From Candidatus Omnitrophota bacterium (GTDB lineage Bacteria > Omnitrophota > Gorgyraeia > Zapsychrales > JANLHA01): 32,000 bases of DNA. Each line of letters starts with the position of its first letter. The first letter of the stretch is position 1. Below are positions 1 through 9,440 of this stretch, one piece after another. The stretch spans positions 360,001-392,000 of the forward strand of contig OY759724.1 of the NCBI GenBank assembly GCA_963662715.1. Reading direction: 5' to 3'. The position numbers and the translations under genes were made by a program. The notes beneath the pieces are model-generated. The model was not told the DNA's origin. It saw nothing but the letters and a program-made list of their open reading frames with translations, and searched no databases.

Positions 1-634
1 CCAGCTTTTTGACAAGATCATATATCTGCTTGACCTGCAAAGTCGTATAATCAGCATTGCAGTCCGCCAAAGGGAAATGCGTATAAAGCCCCTTGACGGA
101 TACGTGGGACAACTTCATCACGTCCTTAATAAAACTTTCCGCGCCCCTGTGCCAGACCCCCAAACGCCCCATCCCCGTATCGACGGGGATATGGATATCC
201 GCCTTCCGCCCGATGCGCTTTGCATAGGTATTCAAAGACGTCGCCAGGGAAAGCGTACAGACCGTGGGGGTCAAATTGTAATCCACAATATCCTTGACTT
301 GCGACGGCAGAGACGTTTCCAACAAAAGGATCTTTTTCTTAATGCCGTTTTTCCGCAGACAGATGCCCTCCGCGACATCCGAAACCCCGAAAAATTCCAC
401 TTTAAGACGATTAAGAGTATTCGCCACCTTAATCATCCCGTGACCGTAAGCATCCGCTTTGATGACGGTCAAAACTTCCGGGAAGCGTATTTTCTTTCTT
501 CCCTTTCGCGGATACGGAAGAAGCTCCACCTGCCGGGCCTGCACCATCTTGCTGATCTGCTGAAAATTATAACGGATCGCTTTTAAATCTACTTCCACCC
601 AGGACAAATAATTATGTGCTTTTCGGGGACTCAC
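1..634 (-). CDS. alr: Alanine racemase, N-terminal ~211 codons (3' end runs off the window)
   Basis: Absent from the ORF track because it leaves the window. My translation of the minus strand from GTG at 634-632 gives VSPRKAHNYLSWVEVDLKAIRYNF...EVLTVIKADAYGHGMIKV...HIPVDTGMGRLGVW...GLYTHF. The KADAYGHG PLP-lysine motif and VDTGMGRLG are alanine racemase hallmarks. A GGAGGT Shine-Dalgarno sits 5 nt upstream, inside the tsaB 3' end. The + strand ORF 77..586 is its antisense shadow. Confidence 0.85.
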   Translation of the reverse strand, partial: MSPRKAHNYLSWVEVDLKAIRYNFQQISKMVQARQVELLPYPRKGRKKIRFPEVLTVIKADAYGHGMIKVANTLNRLKVEFFGVSDVAEGICLRKNGIKKKILLLETSLPSQVKDIVDYNLTPTVCTLSLATSLNTYAKRIGRKADIHIPVDTGMGRLGVWHRGAESFIKDVMKLSHVSVKGLYTHFPLADCNADYTTLQVKQIYDLVKKL

Positions 635-637
635 TGG

Positions 638-1363
638 TCACCTCCTCACTTGACAGTTCTCCGGATATAGATATAAAGGGACCAGCGCATTCAGGTTATC
701 TCCTGGTCCCTGTTTTAACCGTTCCAGCGCCAAAGGCAGCATTTTCTCCGCACGGGGAGCCCAGAAACGTTCTTCAGCAAAATGGCATGCATAAGCATGT
801 CGGGAGGAATCTTTGTTTCTCTTAAATTCTTTAATAGGATTTGCGTATAATTTTAAGCCGTCTCCGGTAAAAAGCGTTTCTCCTTTAAGACGAGATAAAA
901 AATCGTCAATGGCCGTCAACCTGTAAGGAGACTGCCTTTTCATGCCGTCCGGGGTGATTTTATAAAGACAGGCATAAACAAGACCCCGCCGGGCGTCCAC
1001 AACTGTCGCGATATAAGGACATTGAGCGGCCTCCGCAACATTCATGGCGATGACATCCAGGCTCGGGATCCCGATGACCGGTTTCCCGGTGGCAAAGCCG
1101 AAAGCTTTTATGGTCGCTAACCCGACCCTGAGGCTCGTGAAAGACCCCGGGCCTAAACCGACTCCGAACCCGTCGATATCCTCAAAACGGACATCCGCCA
1201 GCCGGAGGATACGCTTCATACAAGGGATAATGGACGAAGAAAGGATTTTGTCAAGCTGCACATTGCGATAGCGGATAATGCGTCCCGCACGGCTCACCGC
1301 CACGCTGAAAACTTTTGTCGACGTATCAATAAGCAATAAGTATTGAGATGTCATCATGCTCAC
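638..1363 (-). CDS. tsaB: tRNA N6-threonylcarbamoyladenosine biosynthesis protein TsaB (YeaZ family)
   Basis: LLLIDTSTKVFSVAV N-terminus and GVGLGPGSFTSLRVGLATIKAFGFATGKPVIGIPSLDVIA core are typical of TsaB/YeaZ. The GTG start overlaps the tsaE stop (GTGA). ATG alternatives lie at 1357 and 1354. Confidence 0.85.
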   Translation of the reverse strand: MSMMTSQYLLLIDTSTKVFSVAVSRAGRIIRYRNVQLDKILSSSIIPCMKRILRLADVRFEDIDGFGVGLGPGSFTSLRVGLATIKAFGFATGKPVIGIPSLDVIAMNVAEAAQCPYIATVVDARRGLVYACLYKITPDGMKRQSPYRLTAIDDFLSRLKGETLFTGDGLKLYANPIKEFKRNKDSSRHAYACHFAEERFWAPRAEKMLPLALERLKQGPGDNLNALVPLYLYPENCQVRR

Positions 1364-1875
1364 ACCGGCCTCTGCCCGTTCGGACCGGGAACAGGCTTTC
1401 TCTTTTTACAAGAATTAAGGGCTTCCAGCACCCGGATATACGGGTCTTGTCCGGCCGAAAGGACAATACGCCTTCGGTCCTTCCCCTGCACCTGAAAATC
1501 CAGACGCAGGAATTCCTGAGGCAAAAGAACGCCAAAGCGTTCGGACCATTCCACGACAGAAATGCCGGTCCCGTAAAGAAAATCATCATAGCCTATGGCC
1601 GCGATATCCTCAGGATGTTCCAGACGATAAAAATCAAAATGATACAAAGTCCGCTTCCCCTCATAAATATTCAGCAAAACAAACGTGGGACTATGCACCT
1701 GCCGGGGATCAAGCCCCATGCCCCGGGCCAGCCCTTTCACAAAAGTTGTCTTGCCGCTGCCCAAATCCCCGAATAAACAGACAATGTTCCCGGGCTTTAA
1801 TCTCGCAGCAAGTCTTTGCCCCAACTCTTGCGTCTCTTCCGGTGAGTAGGTCAACATGGTTACGGTTGTCTTCAT
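1360..1875 (-). CDS. tsaE: tRNA threonylcarbamoyladenosine biosynthesis ATPase TsaE (YjeE family)
   Basis: P-loop GDLGSGKTTFVKGLARGMG, SPTFVLLNIY and YHFDFYRL motifs. Sits directly upstream of tsaB. Confidence 0.9.
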   Translation of the reverse strand: MKTTVTMLTYSPEETQELGQRLAARLKPGNIVCLFGDLGSGKTTFVKGLARGMGLDPRQVHSPTFVLLNIYEGKRTLYHFDFYRLEHPEDIAAIGYDDFLYGTGISVVEWSERFGVLLPQEFLRLDFQVQGKDRRRIVLSAGQDPYIRVLEALNSCKKRKPVPGPNGQRPV

Positions 1876-1973
1876 GGCGTTAAAATCAGCTTCCGTTTGA
1901 TACGCGCCCGGGCGTCCTTAAATATCTTTATCATCCTTCACCGGGACATTTTCGCGCATTCAGCCCGTTTCTG

Positions 1974-2882
1974 TCAAAAGTGCCGGAACCCGCCCGGCTT
2001 CACAGGTGTTTTCCGGCCTTTTCGATCCAGTAATGTGACTGTTCCCCGTCCGGGGACAATCTCTCCCACAGGGAAGAACTGCAGCCCGCCCGTGCGCAGA
2101 GTTTTTAAGCGCCGGGCTTTGCCGGCCGGCAGAGTGAACAACAGTTCAAAGTCCTCCCCGTCGTACAAGGCATGACGCAGTTTCGCTTTTTCTGCTAAAG
2201 GGATACTCTCTTTCCATAAACAGGCACCGACCCGGCTTTGATGAAGAATATGGCTCAAATCGGCCATAAACCCGTCTGATATGTCTATCATGGATGTGGG
2301 CTTCAATCCCTGCCGCAGCAGAAACTGCGCTTCGGCAAGCCGGGGGACAAAACAAAGGTCCTTGCCGCTTTTCCAGGCGCGGCCGAGCGGTCCGGTCACA
2401 AAAATAACATCCCCTTTCCCGGCCCCTTTGCGGCAGACAATGTCTTTCTTCCGTGCGGTGCCTAAAAGAGAAATGTTGATCACAAGCCGGCGACTTTTGA
2501 CCGTATCTCCCCCCACGATACGGACATGAAACTTGTTCGCACTCTGGATGATGCCGCGGTACAGAGCGTCCATAAAGGCAACCGTCTTGCCGGGAGCAAC
2601 CCCGAGTGAAACGAGGGCATACTGCGGCATACCGCCCATGGCCGCAATATCGCTGACATTACAGGCCAAGGCTTTGTATCCTATCCGCTGCGGCGGGGTC
2701 TGCGTCTTGAAATGGACGCCCTCCACAAACATATCTGTTGTCAAGAGGACCTGTTTCCCCCTGATCTCCCGGACAACCGCCGTATCATCTCCTATGGGAG
2801 TCAGCACAGATGCGTCCGGAGGGATCAGCCTTCTGATTCGGTCAATAAATTCAAATTCACCAAGGTCACGTAATGGTTTCAT
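1974..2882 (-). CDS. thiL: Thiamine-monophosphate kinase
   Basis: GDDTAV, DMFVEGVHF, ACNVSDIAAMGG and GGDTV motifs of the AIR-synthase-like ThiL family. I moved the start to ATG 2882 (MKPLRDLGEFEFIDRI). The ORF-track start at 3020 would overlap the mtnA 3' end by 122 nt. Confidence 0.85.
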   Translation of the reverse strand: MKPLRDLGEFEFIDRIRRLIPPDASVLTPIGDDTAVVREIRGKQVLLTTDMFVEGVHFKTQTPPQRIGYKALACNVSDIAAMGGMPQYALVSLGVAPGKTVAFMDALYRGIIQSANKFHVRIVGGDTVKSRRLVINISLLGTARKKDIVCRKGAGKGDVIFVTGPLGRAWKSGKDLCFVPRLAEAQFLLRQGLKPTSMIDISDGFMADLSHILHQSRVGACLWKESIPLAEKAKLRHALYDGEDFELLFTLPAGKARRLKTLRTGGLQFFPVGEIVPGRGTVTLLDRKGRKTPVKPGGFRHF

Positions 2883-2898
2883 GTCGGGTCTGACGGCA

Positions 2899-3960
2899 TT
2901 AAATTCCGCAGCCTGTGCGTTTTTTCCCTGAAATTCTTTTGATTTGACGCACAAAGGGCGGCCGGATAACTCCGTGTTCTGTAATAATGGCGGAAATATG
3001 CTTGTGGTCCGTGACATCAAAAGCAGGGTTATAGACTTTGACCTGGCGGGGAGCGGTCAGCTGACCGTTAAATCCCAAGACCTCTGTTTTGTCGCGCTGT
3101 TCAATCGGGATCCCCCGGCCTGTCTTGAGGGACAGGTCAAATGTCGACTCAGGCGCCACAACATAAAAAGGGATTTTATGATAACGTGCTAAAACGGCAA
3201 GGCTGTAGGTCCCGATCTTGTTGGCCGTGTCCCCGTTCGCCGCGATCCGGTCGGCGCCGGTAAAGATGGCGGCAATCTTTTTATCCCGCATGACTGTGGC
3301 CGCCATGCTGTCACAGATCAGCGTCGTATCAATCTTTTCTTTCAAAAGCTCCCAGGTCGTTAAGCGGGCGCCCTGCAGAAGCGGCCGGGTCTCACAGGAG
3401 AAAACTTTAAATGTTTTCCCCTGCTCTTTCGCGGCGTAAAAAACGCCTAAAGCCGTACCGTAATCCACTGTGGCTAAAGCTCCCGCGTTGCAGATGGTCA
3501 TGACAGACTGTCCGTCACGAATCAAAGCCGCCCCGTAATGCCCCATCCTTCGGCAGACCCGGCGGTCTTCCTCAAAAACACGGAACGCCTCCTCCTTCAG
3601 CCGTTTCTTCAGCTCATCAACAGAAGCCTCCGGATAATCGCTGACAATTTCTTTCATGCGGTCCAAAACATGAAAAAGGTTCACCGCCGTCGGGCGGGAC
3701 GAGCCGATATAATCACTGATTTTATGAATATGCTGGACAAATTTATCTTTATCCTGCCCCCGATAGTCCGCGGTCCCCAGCAAGACGCCAAAACCCGCGG
3801 CAACACCCAAAGCCGGCGCCCCCCGGACGCTTAAACAGCGGATAGCGTTCCATAAAGTCTGCAGGTCATGACAGTGAATATATTTAATGCGGTGAGGCAG
3901 CAATGTCTGATCGATCAACTGAATATGGTTTTTCGTCCACTTAATCGTTGCTATAGCCAT
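2899..3960 (-). CDS. mtnA: S-methyl-5-thioribose-1-phosphate isomerase (eIF-2B alpha/beta/delta-like family)
   Basis: LIDQTLLP, VRGAPALGVAA, CNAGALAT and GADRIAANGDTANKIGTY motifs. AAGGAGAA Shine-Dalgarno upstream of ATG 3960. Confidence 0.75.
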   Translation of the reverse strand: MAIATIKWTKNHIQLIDQTLLPHRIKYIHCHDLQTLWNAIRCLSVRGAPALGVAAGFGVLLGTADYRGQDKDKFVQHIHKISDYIGSSRPTAVNLFHVLDRMKEIVSDYPEASVDELKKRLKEEAFRVFEEDRRVCRRMGHYGAALIRDGQSVMTICNAGALATVDYGTALGVFYAAKEQGKTFKVFSCETRPLLQGARLTTWELLKEKIDTTLICDSMAATVMRDKKIAAIFTGADRIAANGDTANKIGTYSLAVLARYHKIPFYVVAPESTFDLSLKTGRGIPIEQRDKTEVLGFNGQLTAPRQVKVYNPAFDVTDHKHISAIITEHGVIRPPFVRQIKRISGKKRTGCGI

Positions 3961-4006
3961 GTGTTCTCCTTACGTCTGTACATCAGCAATATTGACGGAC
4001 AAAAGA

Positions 4007-5521
4007 TTATTGCTCTGATGACGGGGTCTCTATCCTCGGGAATAAAGCTGCGTGTTCTTTTAATTCCGTACCGGGGGTAAGACTCCCCCACGAAAGGGGT
4101 GCCTCACGGGCATTCAGAATATCGAGAATCTGTTCAGACTTGGTAGGGATAACCGGCCGCAGTAGAACCGCAGAAAACCGTAACGCTTCCGTCGCTGTAT
4201 AAAGAACCGTCCCGGCCTTGGCCTTATCCGTCTTAGCGACTTTCCAGGGAGCCGAGGCTTCCAGGTATTTGTTGACCTGCCGGATAAGTTTCAGGATCTC
4301 CTCGATAGCCTCATGGATTTTTAACTGATTCACGGATACTGTGACCTGTTCCGGGAGCCGGACAGCCGTGTCTTTCACCGCATTTTCCTCCGGACCCGGA
4401 TCGCAATATTCCGGCACGCGTCTGTCGAAGTGTTTTCCCAGCAGACCGCTGACCCGGTTCAGAAGATTCCCGAAATCATTGGCCAGGTCGCTGTTATACC
4501 TTTTCATAAAAGAATCAAACGTGAAGTTCGCATCCTGGCCCAGGACCATTTCCCGCATAAGGTAATATCTCACGGCATCCACGCCGTACTGCTCTATAAG
4601 GTCCAGGGGGTTGACGATATTCCCCAGGGACTTGCTCATTTTGGTCTCGCCCATCAGCCACCAGCCATGGGCTAAAATCGTTTTGGGCAGAGGAAGATTA
4701 AGGGAAAAAAGCATAGTCGACCAGTAGACAGCATGCGTTGTAATGATATCCTTCCCGATCAGGTGAAGATCGGCCGGCCACCAGGACTGGAACCGCTCTT
4801 CCCGGTCGCCGTACCCCGGGGCCGTGACATAATTCAGCAGCGCATCAAACCAGACATACGTCACATAATCCTTGTCAAACGGAAGTTCGATCCCCCAGCT
4901 TAACCTTGTTTTCGGACGCGAAATGCACAGGTCGCCGAGGGGCTGACGCAAAAATCCCAGGATTTCGTTCTTCCGTGATTCCGGCTGAATGAACTCCGGA
5001 TGCTCCGCGATGTAATCGACAAGCTGCTGCTGGTATTTTCCCATACGGAAAAACCAGTTGCGCTCCTTGAGTTTCTTGACGTCACGGAAAGCTCCGGAAT
5101 CCTTCTCGGATTCCGTGATGAATCTTTCCTCGGAGACTGAATACCACCCTTCGTATTCATCCATATAAATATCCCCGGAATCATAGACCTTCCGCAGGAC
5201 ATCCTGAACAACCTTAACATGTCTTTCCTGCGTCGTACGGATAAAATCATCGAATTGAATGTTTAATTTCTCCCATAGCTGAAGAAACCGGGGGGCCAAA
5301 TCATCGCAGTGGTCCTGGGGAAGGAATTCCCGGGCTTCCGCGGCCTGCTGGACTTTCTGTCCGTGTTCATCCAGGCCTGTCAGAAAGAAAACATCATGGC
5401 CCTGGGCGCGATGAAACCGGGCCAAGACATCAGCCAAAATCGTCGTATAAGCATGCCCGATATGCGGCTTATCATTCACATAATATATGGGTGTTGTTAA
5501 GTAGAACTTATTCCTGTTCAT
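4007..5521 (-). CDS. metG: Methionine--tRNA ligase (short form, no C-terminal tRNA-binding appendix)
   Basis: Class I signatures HIGH (PHIGHAYTT) and KMSKS (KMSKSLGN), plus a YYVNDKPHIGH N-terminus. 504 aa. Confidence 0.95.
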   Translation of the reverse strand: MNRNKFYLTTPIYYVNDKPHIGHAYTTILADVLARFHRAQGHDVFFLTGLDEHGQKVQQAAEAREFLPQDHCDDLAPRFLQLWEKLNIQFDDFIRTTQERHVKVVQDVLRKVYDSGDIYMDEYEGWYSVSEERFITESEKDSGAFRDVKKLKERNWFFRMGKYQQQLVDYIAEHPEFIQPESRKNEILGFLRQPLGDLCISRPKTRLSWGIELPFDKDYVTYVWFDALLNYVTAPGYGDREERFQSWWPADLHLIGKDIITTHAVYWSTMLFSLNLPLPKTILAHGWWLMGETKMSKSLGNIVNPLDLIEQYGVDAVRYYLMREMVLGQDANFTFDSFMKRYNSDLANDFGNLLNRVSGLLGKHFDRRVPEYCDPGPEENAVKDTAVRLPEQVTVSVNQLKIHEAIEEILKLIRQVNKYLEASAPWKVAKTDKAKAGTVLYTATEALRFSAVLLRPVIPTKSEQILDILNAREAPLSWGSLTPGTELKEHAALFPRIETPSSEQ

Positions 5522-6305
5522 TATTATAAACGACCTTGGTAAACTTTCCCTCTCCCAGATCCACCAGGACGGTCCGTTTGAGGATATTCACGTCTTTCAC
5601 CTTGCCTTTGCCTTCCGGAGTGGTCACCTTTTCTCCGAGATGAGGAAGGTTCTTCACAAGTTCCCGGTACACGATAAACTCATAGGCCATACAGCATTTA
5701 ATACGGCCGCAGACTCCCGAAATACGCGAAGGGTTCAGAGGCAAAGCCTGCTCCTTAGCCATTTTGATGGACAACGGATGAAACCACCGCATATAAGACG
5801 AACAGCATAAGGCCCGGCCGCAAACGCCGTAACCGCCGACCATCTTAGCCCGGTCCCTGACCCCGATCTGCTTCAGTTCAATACGGACCCGGAAAATCTT
5901 CGCCAAGTCCTTGACCAAACCCCGGAAGTCAACCCGCCCCTCTGCCGTGAAGAAGAAAATAATCTTGCTGCAGTCGAACGTATACTCGGCATTAACCAGC
6001 TGCATATCGAGCCTCCGTTCATTGATCTTGCGGATACAGGAATTTAAAGCGTCTTTGACCTTAATACGGTTGTTCTTAATCTGATTCTGGTCCCCTTCCG
6101 TGACTTTCCGGATAATTTTACCGGAGACCGGTTCGTTCTTATGCCCCCTCTTGCCCGGTTCCAGCAGGCAGACAACCTTCCCGAACTCCGTGCCTCTTTC
6201 CACTTCAACGATAATATAATCTCCTCTTTGACAATCCATATTATTCCGGTCAAAATAAAACACTGACCGGAAATCACCGACAATAACTTCAACTATTTGA
6301 TCCAT
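5508..6305 (-). CDS. ricT: PSP1 domain protein (YaaT/RicT-like)
   Basis: Cys-rich PSP1 C-terminal region (GVCGRALCCSSY, GVCGRIKCCMAYE). Position immediately after holB matches the Bacillus holB-yaaT arrangement. Overlaps holB by 13 nt and metG by 14 nt. Confidence 0.8.
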   Translation of the reverse strand: MDQIVEVIVGDFRSVFYFDRNNMDCQRGDYIIVEVERGTEFGKVVCLLEPGKRGHKNEPVSGKIIRKVTEGDQNQIKNNRIKVKDALNSCIRKINERRLDMQLVNAEYTFDCSKIIFFFTAEGRVDFRGLVKDLAKIFRVRIELKQIGVRDRAKMVGGYGVCGRALCCSSYMRWFHPLSIKMAKEQALPLNPSRISGVCGRIKCCMAYEFIVYRELVKNLPHLGEKVTTPEGKGKVKDVNILKRTVLVDLGEGKFTKVVYNNEQE

Positions 6306-7267
6306 ATTTTATCCCTCAGTAGGTTAAAAGCGATTTTCACATTCAAATTCTCATTCAACAGCCTCTTTGTCTGCACAATTTCATCAATAATAGCAAATAA
6401 CTGATCAAATGTATACTCTTGTTTCACCCGCTCTAAATCCTCAATCCGGTCTACATGCGCCACGCGCGCAGCTTCGACCCCCTGTTTGACCAAAACCAGG
6501 TCACGGAACCAGCTTAAGAGGACATCCAAGGACTCATGAATCCGGTCTTTATCTGATAATAAATTCTTCATGTAAGGCTCGTTATGCCTCACAAAGATAA
6601 TGTTATCAATCACGTCATTTTTCGTCTGCAGAAACCCCTGTTCCTGCAGTATCCTGGCTTTACCGGCACAGCCTTCACTATAAAAAGCCAAAAAATGGGC
6701 AGATTCTTCGTCATGATCGTCATGGTCTATGAGGTCCCGGGCCAGGGAGGTCTGGGAAAGAGGGGAAAAATTCATCATGTGGCAGCGGGACTTCACCGTG
6801 CTTAAAAGTCGCTCGGGGACGGCTGACGTTAAAATAAACAGGCTGTCCGAAGCCGGTTCCTCCAAGGTTTTTAAAACAGCATTGCTTCCTTCTATACTCA
6901 GAAGTTCGACATCTTTGATAATATAAACCTTTTTCTTGGCCTCAAAAGGCCTGAGCTGACTTCTGGCGATCATGTCACGGATCTGGGCAATCTTCATAGC
7001 TTGCCTGTTATCGGAGGAAAGGGTTGTGACATCCGGGTGATTGCCGGTATTGATCTTATGGCAGGCCGGACAGTTTTCACAGGGGGCAGAATCTTCTTCG
7101 GCCCGATGTTCACAGTTAATATATTTGGCCACTGTCAAAGCTGTCTCAACTTTCCCGGAGGCATGCGGGCCGACAAAAAGATACGCATGAGCCAAACGTT
7201 TTCTTTGAGACAGCTGTATGAACCGCTGAAGGATTGTCTGATTAACAAAAACTTGCTGAAGACTCAT
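6293..7267 (-). CDS. holB: DNA polymerase III subunit delta prime
   Basis: AHAYLFVGPHASGK degenerate P-loop, Cys cluster CENCPACHKI, and LKTLEEP clamp-loader box. No obvious Shine-Dalgarno upstream. Confidence 0.85.
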   Translation of the reverse strand: MSLQQVFVNQTILQRFIQLSQRKRLAHAYLFVGPHASGKVETALTVAKYINCEHRAEEDSAPCENCPACHKINTGNHPDVTTLSSDNRQAMKIAQIRDMIARSQLRPFEAKKKVYIIKDVELLSIEGSNAVLKTLEEPASDSLFILTSAVPERLLSTVKSRCHMMNFSPLSQTSLARDLIDHDDHDEESAHFLAFYSEGCAGKARILQEQGFLQTKNDVIDNIIFVRHNEPYMKNLLSDKDRIHESLDVLLSWFRDLVLVKQGVEAARVAHVDRIEDLERVKQEYTFDQLFAIIDEIVQTKRLLNENLNVKIAFNLLRDKIWIK

Positions 7268-7369
7268 AATTTTTTAGGGTAGTGAACCAGGCCACCGCTG
7301 AATCCGTCCGAGATGTCCATTCTGATATAAATCCAGGTTTTATTCGACGGCAAGCAAAAAGGAAGGGGG

Positions 7370-7987
7370 TTAAAGTCCTAACAATTGCTCCACATCTTTT
7401 CTGACTAAAGAATATATTTCTTCTTTTGTTTTAGTGACCTTAATGACCTTGATTCTATGACTTTCTTCCTGTGCTATTTTTAAATAACCTCTCCGGACCC
7501 GGTTGTGATAATTCAACGACCGCAGTTCGATCCGGTCCTTATTCCGGCCTGTTCGTGCCAAGCCTTTCTCTGTTTCAATATCAAATAAAAACGTTAAATT
7601 CGGCTGCAGGCCCTGGGTGGCGACCCGGCCGACGTCTTTGATAAAATCAATATCCACGCCGTACCCGTACCCCTGATAAGCCAGCGTTGAATCCAGGAAC
7701 CGGTCACAGAGGACAATCGTCCCCTGCTTCAGAGCCGGAAGGATCACCTCTTCTACGAGTTGGGAGCGGGCAGCCATATACAGCAGGGTCTCGCATTCTT
7801 TCGTCATCCGCGTATTCCGGACATCAAGCAGAATGCGCCGGATGGCTTCACTGATCTTAACGCCTCCGGGTTCCCGAAGATGCAGGACATTTTTATTTTT
7901 CTCCTGTAAATACTTGCAGATCAGCGCGGCCTGGGTGCTTTTTCCGGAACCTTCCGAGCCCTCAAAGGTAATAAACACGCCTTTCAT
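7370..7987 (-). CDS. tmk: Thymidylate kinase (dTMP kinase)
   Basis: MKGVFITFEGSEGSGKSTQ P-loop and DRFLDSTLAYQG. I chose ATG 7987, which forms an ATGA overlap with the cysS stop, over the ORF-track GTG at 7999. Confidence 0.9.
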   Translation of the reverse strand: MKGVFITFEGSEGSGKSTQAALICKYLQEKNKNVLHLREPGGVKISEAIRRILLDVRNTRMTKECETLLYMAARSQLVEEVILPALKQGTIVLCDRFLDSTLAYQGYGYGVDIDFIKDVGRVATQGLQPNLTFLFDIETEKGLARTGRNKDRIELRSLNYHNRVRRGYLKIAQEESHRIKVIKVTKTKEEIYSLVRKDVEQLLGL

Positions 7988-9381
7988 TCTCTTCTCCACC
8001 GTTGTCCTTGAGGGGTATCTTCGACAATGATCCCTTTTTGCTTTAATATGTCACGAATCTCGTCTGACCGCCTGAAATCCTTTTTCTGCCGCGCGGTTTC
8101 CCGCTCCGTCAAGTATTGCTGAATTTCCGCATCGGTCTGCCCGGAAGATTGCGACGGCTCGGACAAACCGAAAACCTCCCGGCAAAAATGCCTGATGAGT
8201 TGATCGGCATGATACAGCATGAAAGAAGCCGTCCTCCGGTCCTTGTGCTTGTTGGCCTCCGTGACCAGTTCAAACAAGCAGCCCAAGGCTTTGGGGGTGT
8301 TAAAATCATCATCCATAGCCTGGATAAACGATTGTCTATACTGATCAAGAATATCCTGCGTATCAGGGTTGCCCTCCAGTCCGGACGGATCAATGCTCCC
8401 GGCTTCCTGCGCCAGGATGGCGAATCTCTGCAGAGATTTGTGGGCGTCCTGAAGCTTATCGTCAGAGAAATCAATCGGACTGGCATAATGAGACGACAGG
8501 AAAAACAGTTTTAAATCATCGGGAGCATATTTCCGCACAGCTTCCTGCACCGTAATAAAGTTCCCAAGGGACTTGGCCATCTTCTGGCCGTTAATCGTTA
8601 ACAGGCCGTGATGAATCCAGTATTTCGCAAAAGGCTGCCGGGTCAGAGCCTCTGCCTGGGCGATCTCATTCTCATGATGAGGGAAGATCAAATCCCGCCC
8701 CCCGGCATGAATATCCAAAGTTTTACAGTTTAAATGCTTCAGACTCATACAGGAACATTCGATATGCCATCCCGGCCGGCCGTCTCCCCACGGACTGCTC
8801 CAGGAAGGTTCTCCTTCTTTCGAGCGTTTCCATAAGGCAAAATCCAACGGGTCCTGTTTCTTATCGTCTTTCTCGATCCTCACCCCTTCCAGCATCTTTT
8901 CAACGCTTTGGCCGGAAAGTTTTCCGTATGCGCTAAATTTTCTTACGGAAAAGTAGACGTCGCCTTCAACCGTATAGGCAAACCCCTTCTCCATAAGCCC
9001 TTGAATGTGCTGAATCATCTCCGGGATATTCTCCGTGGCTTTGGGCTCCATATCCGCCCGGCCGACACCCAAAACATCCAAATCCCGGTAATATTTCCCG
9101 ATGTTCTCCTCGGATACCCGTTGACTGGAGACCCCCAACTCATTGGCCTTGCGGATGATCTTGTCATCTATATCCGTGATATTACGGACGAAACGAACAT
9201 CGTATCCCCTATACTTTAAATAGCGGCGGATAACGTCAAAAACATATAAACTCCGGGCATGGCCGATATGGCACTGATCATAAACCGTGACACCGCAGGA
9301 GTACATCCGGATGATTTTATCCTCCAAAGGGATCAGCGGCTCTTTCTTCTTAGTCAACGAATTATATATTTGAATACTCAT
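7984..9381 (-). CDS. cysS: Cysteine--tRNA ligase
   Basis: CGVTVYDQCHIGHARS (HIGH) and KMAKSLGN (KMSKS). 465 aa. Confidence 0.95.
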   Translation of the reverse strand: MSIQIYNSLTKKKEPLIPLEDKIIRMYSCGVTVYDQCHIGHARSLYVFDVIRRYLKYRGYDVRFVRNITDIDDKIIRKANELGVSSQRVSEENIGKYYRDLDVLGVGRADMEPKATENIPEMIQHIQGLMEKGFAYTVEGDVYFSVRKFSAYGKLSGQSVEKMLEGVRIEKDDKKQDPLDFALWKRSKEGEPSWSSPWGDGRPGWHIECSCMSLKHLNCKTLDIHAGGRDLIFPHHENEIAQAEALTRQPFAKYWIHHGLLTINGQKMAKSLGNFITVQEAVRKYAPDDLKLFFLSSHYASPIDFSDDKLQDAHKSLQRFAILAQEAGSIDPSGLEGNPDTQDILDQYRQSFIQAMDDDFNTPKALGCLFELVTEANKHKDRRTASFMLYHADQLIRHFCREVFGLSEPSQSSGQTDAEIQQYLTERETARQKKDFRRSDEIRDILKQKGIIVEDTPQGQRWRRE

Positions 9382-9440
9382 GGTCTGTCCTGATAAAAAT
9401 AAATGGTTAACTTTTTCCTGACAAGCAAACCTGGCGGTCG

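Noticed and set aside
77-586. 169-aa + strand ORF at the left edge, the only ORF the track reports in this region.
   Set aside because: The opposite strand translates into an unmistakable alanine racemase N-terminus (KADAYGHG, VDTGMGRLG). That gene was not listed only because it runs off the window. The + ORF is its antisense shadow.
2883-3020. Over-extended N-termini in the ORF track: thiL (to 3020), tmk (GTG 7999), yacL (TTG 12495), lpxC::fabZ (GTG 25887), bamA (TTG 30095) and rplI (31893).
   Set aside because: In each case, an internal ATG with a better ribosome site or a classic ATGA/TAATG junction gives an N-terminus matching the family consensus. The extensions overlap the upstream gene and lack homology.
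9382-9440. Looked for T-box, L-box or SAM-type leaders upstream of the four aaRS genes (metG, cysS, lysS) and cysE.
   Set aside because: The available upstream spacers are 0-99 bp, or the genes overlap their neighbour. That is too short for these leaders of about 200 nt or more. No specifier-loop or T-box consensus was seen.
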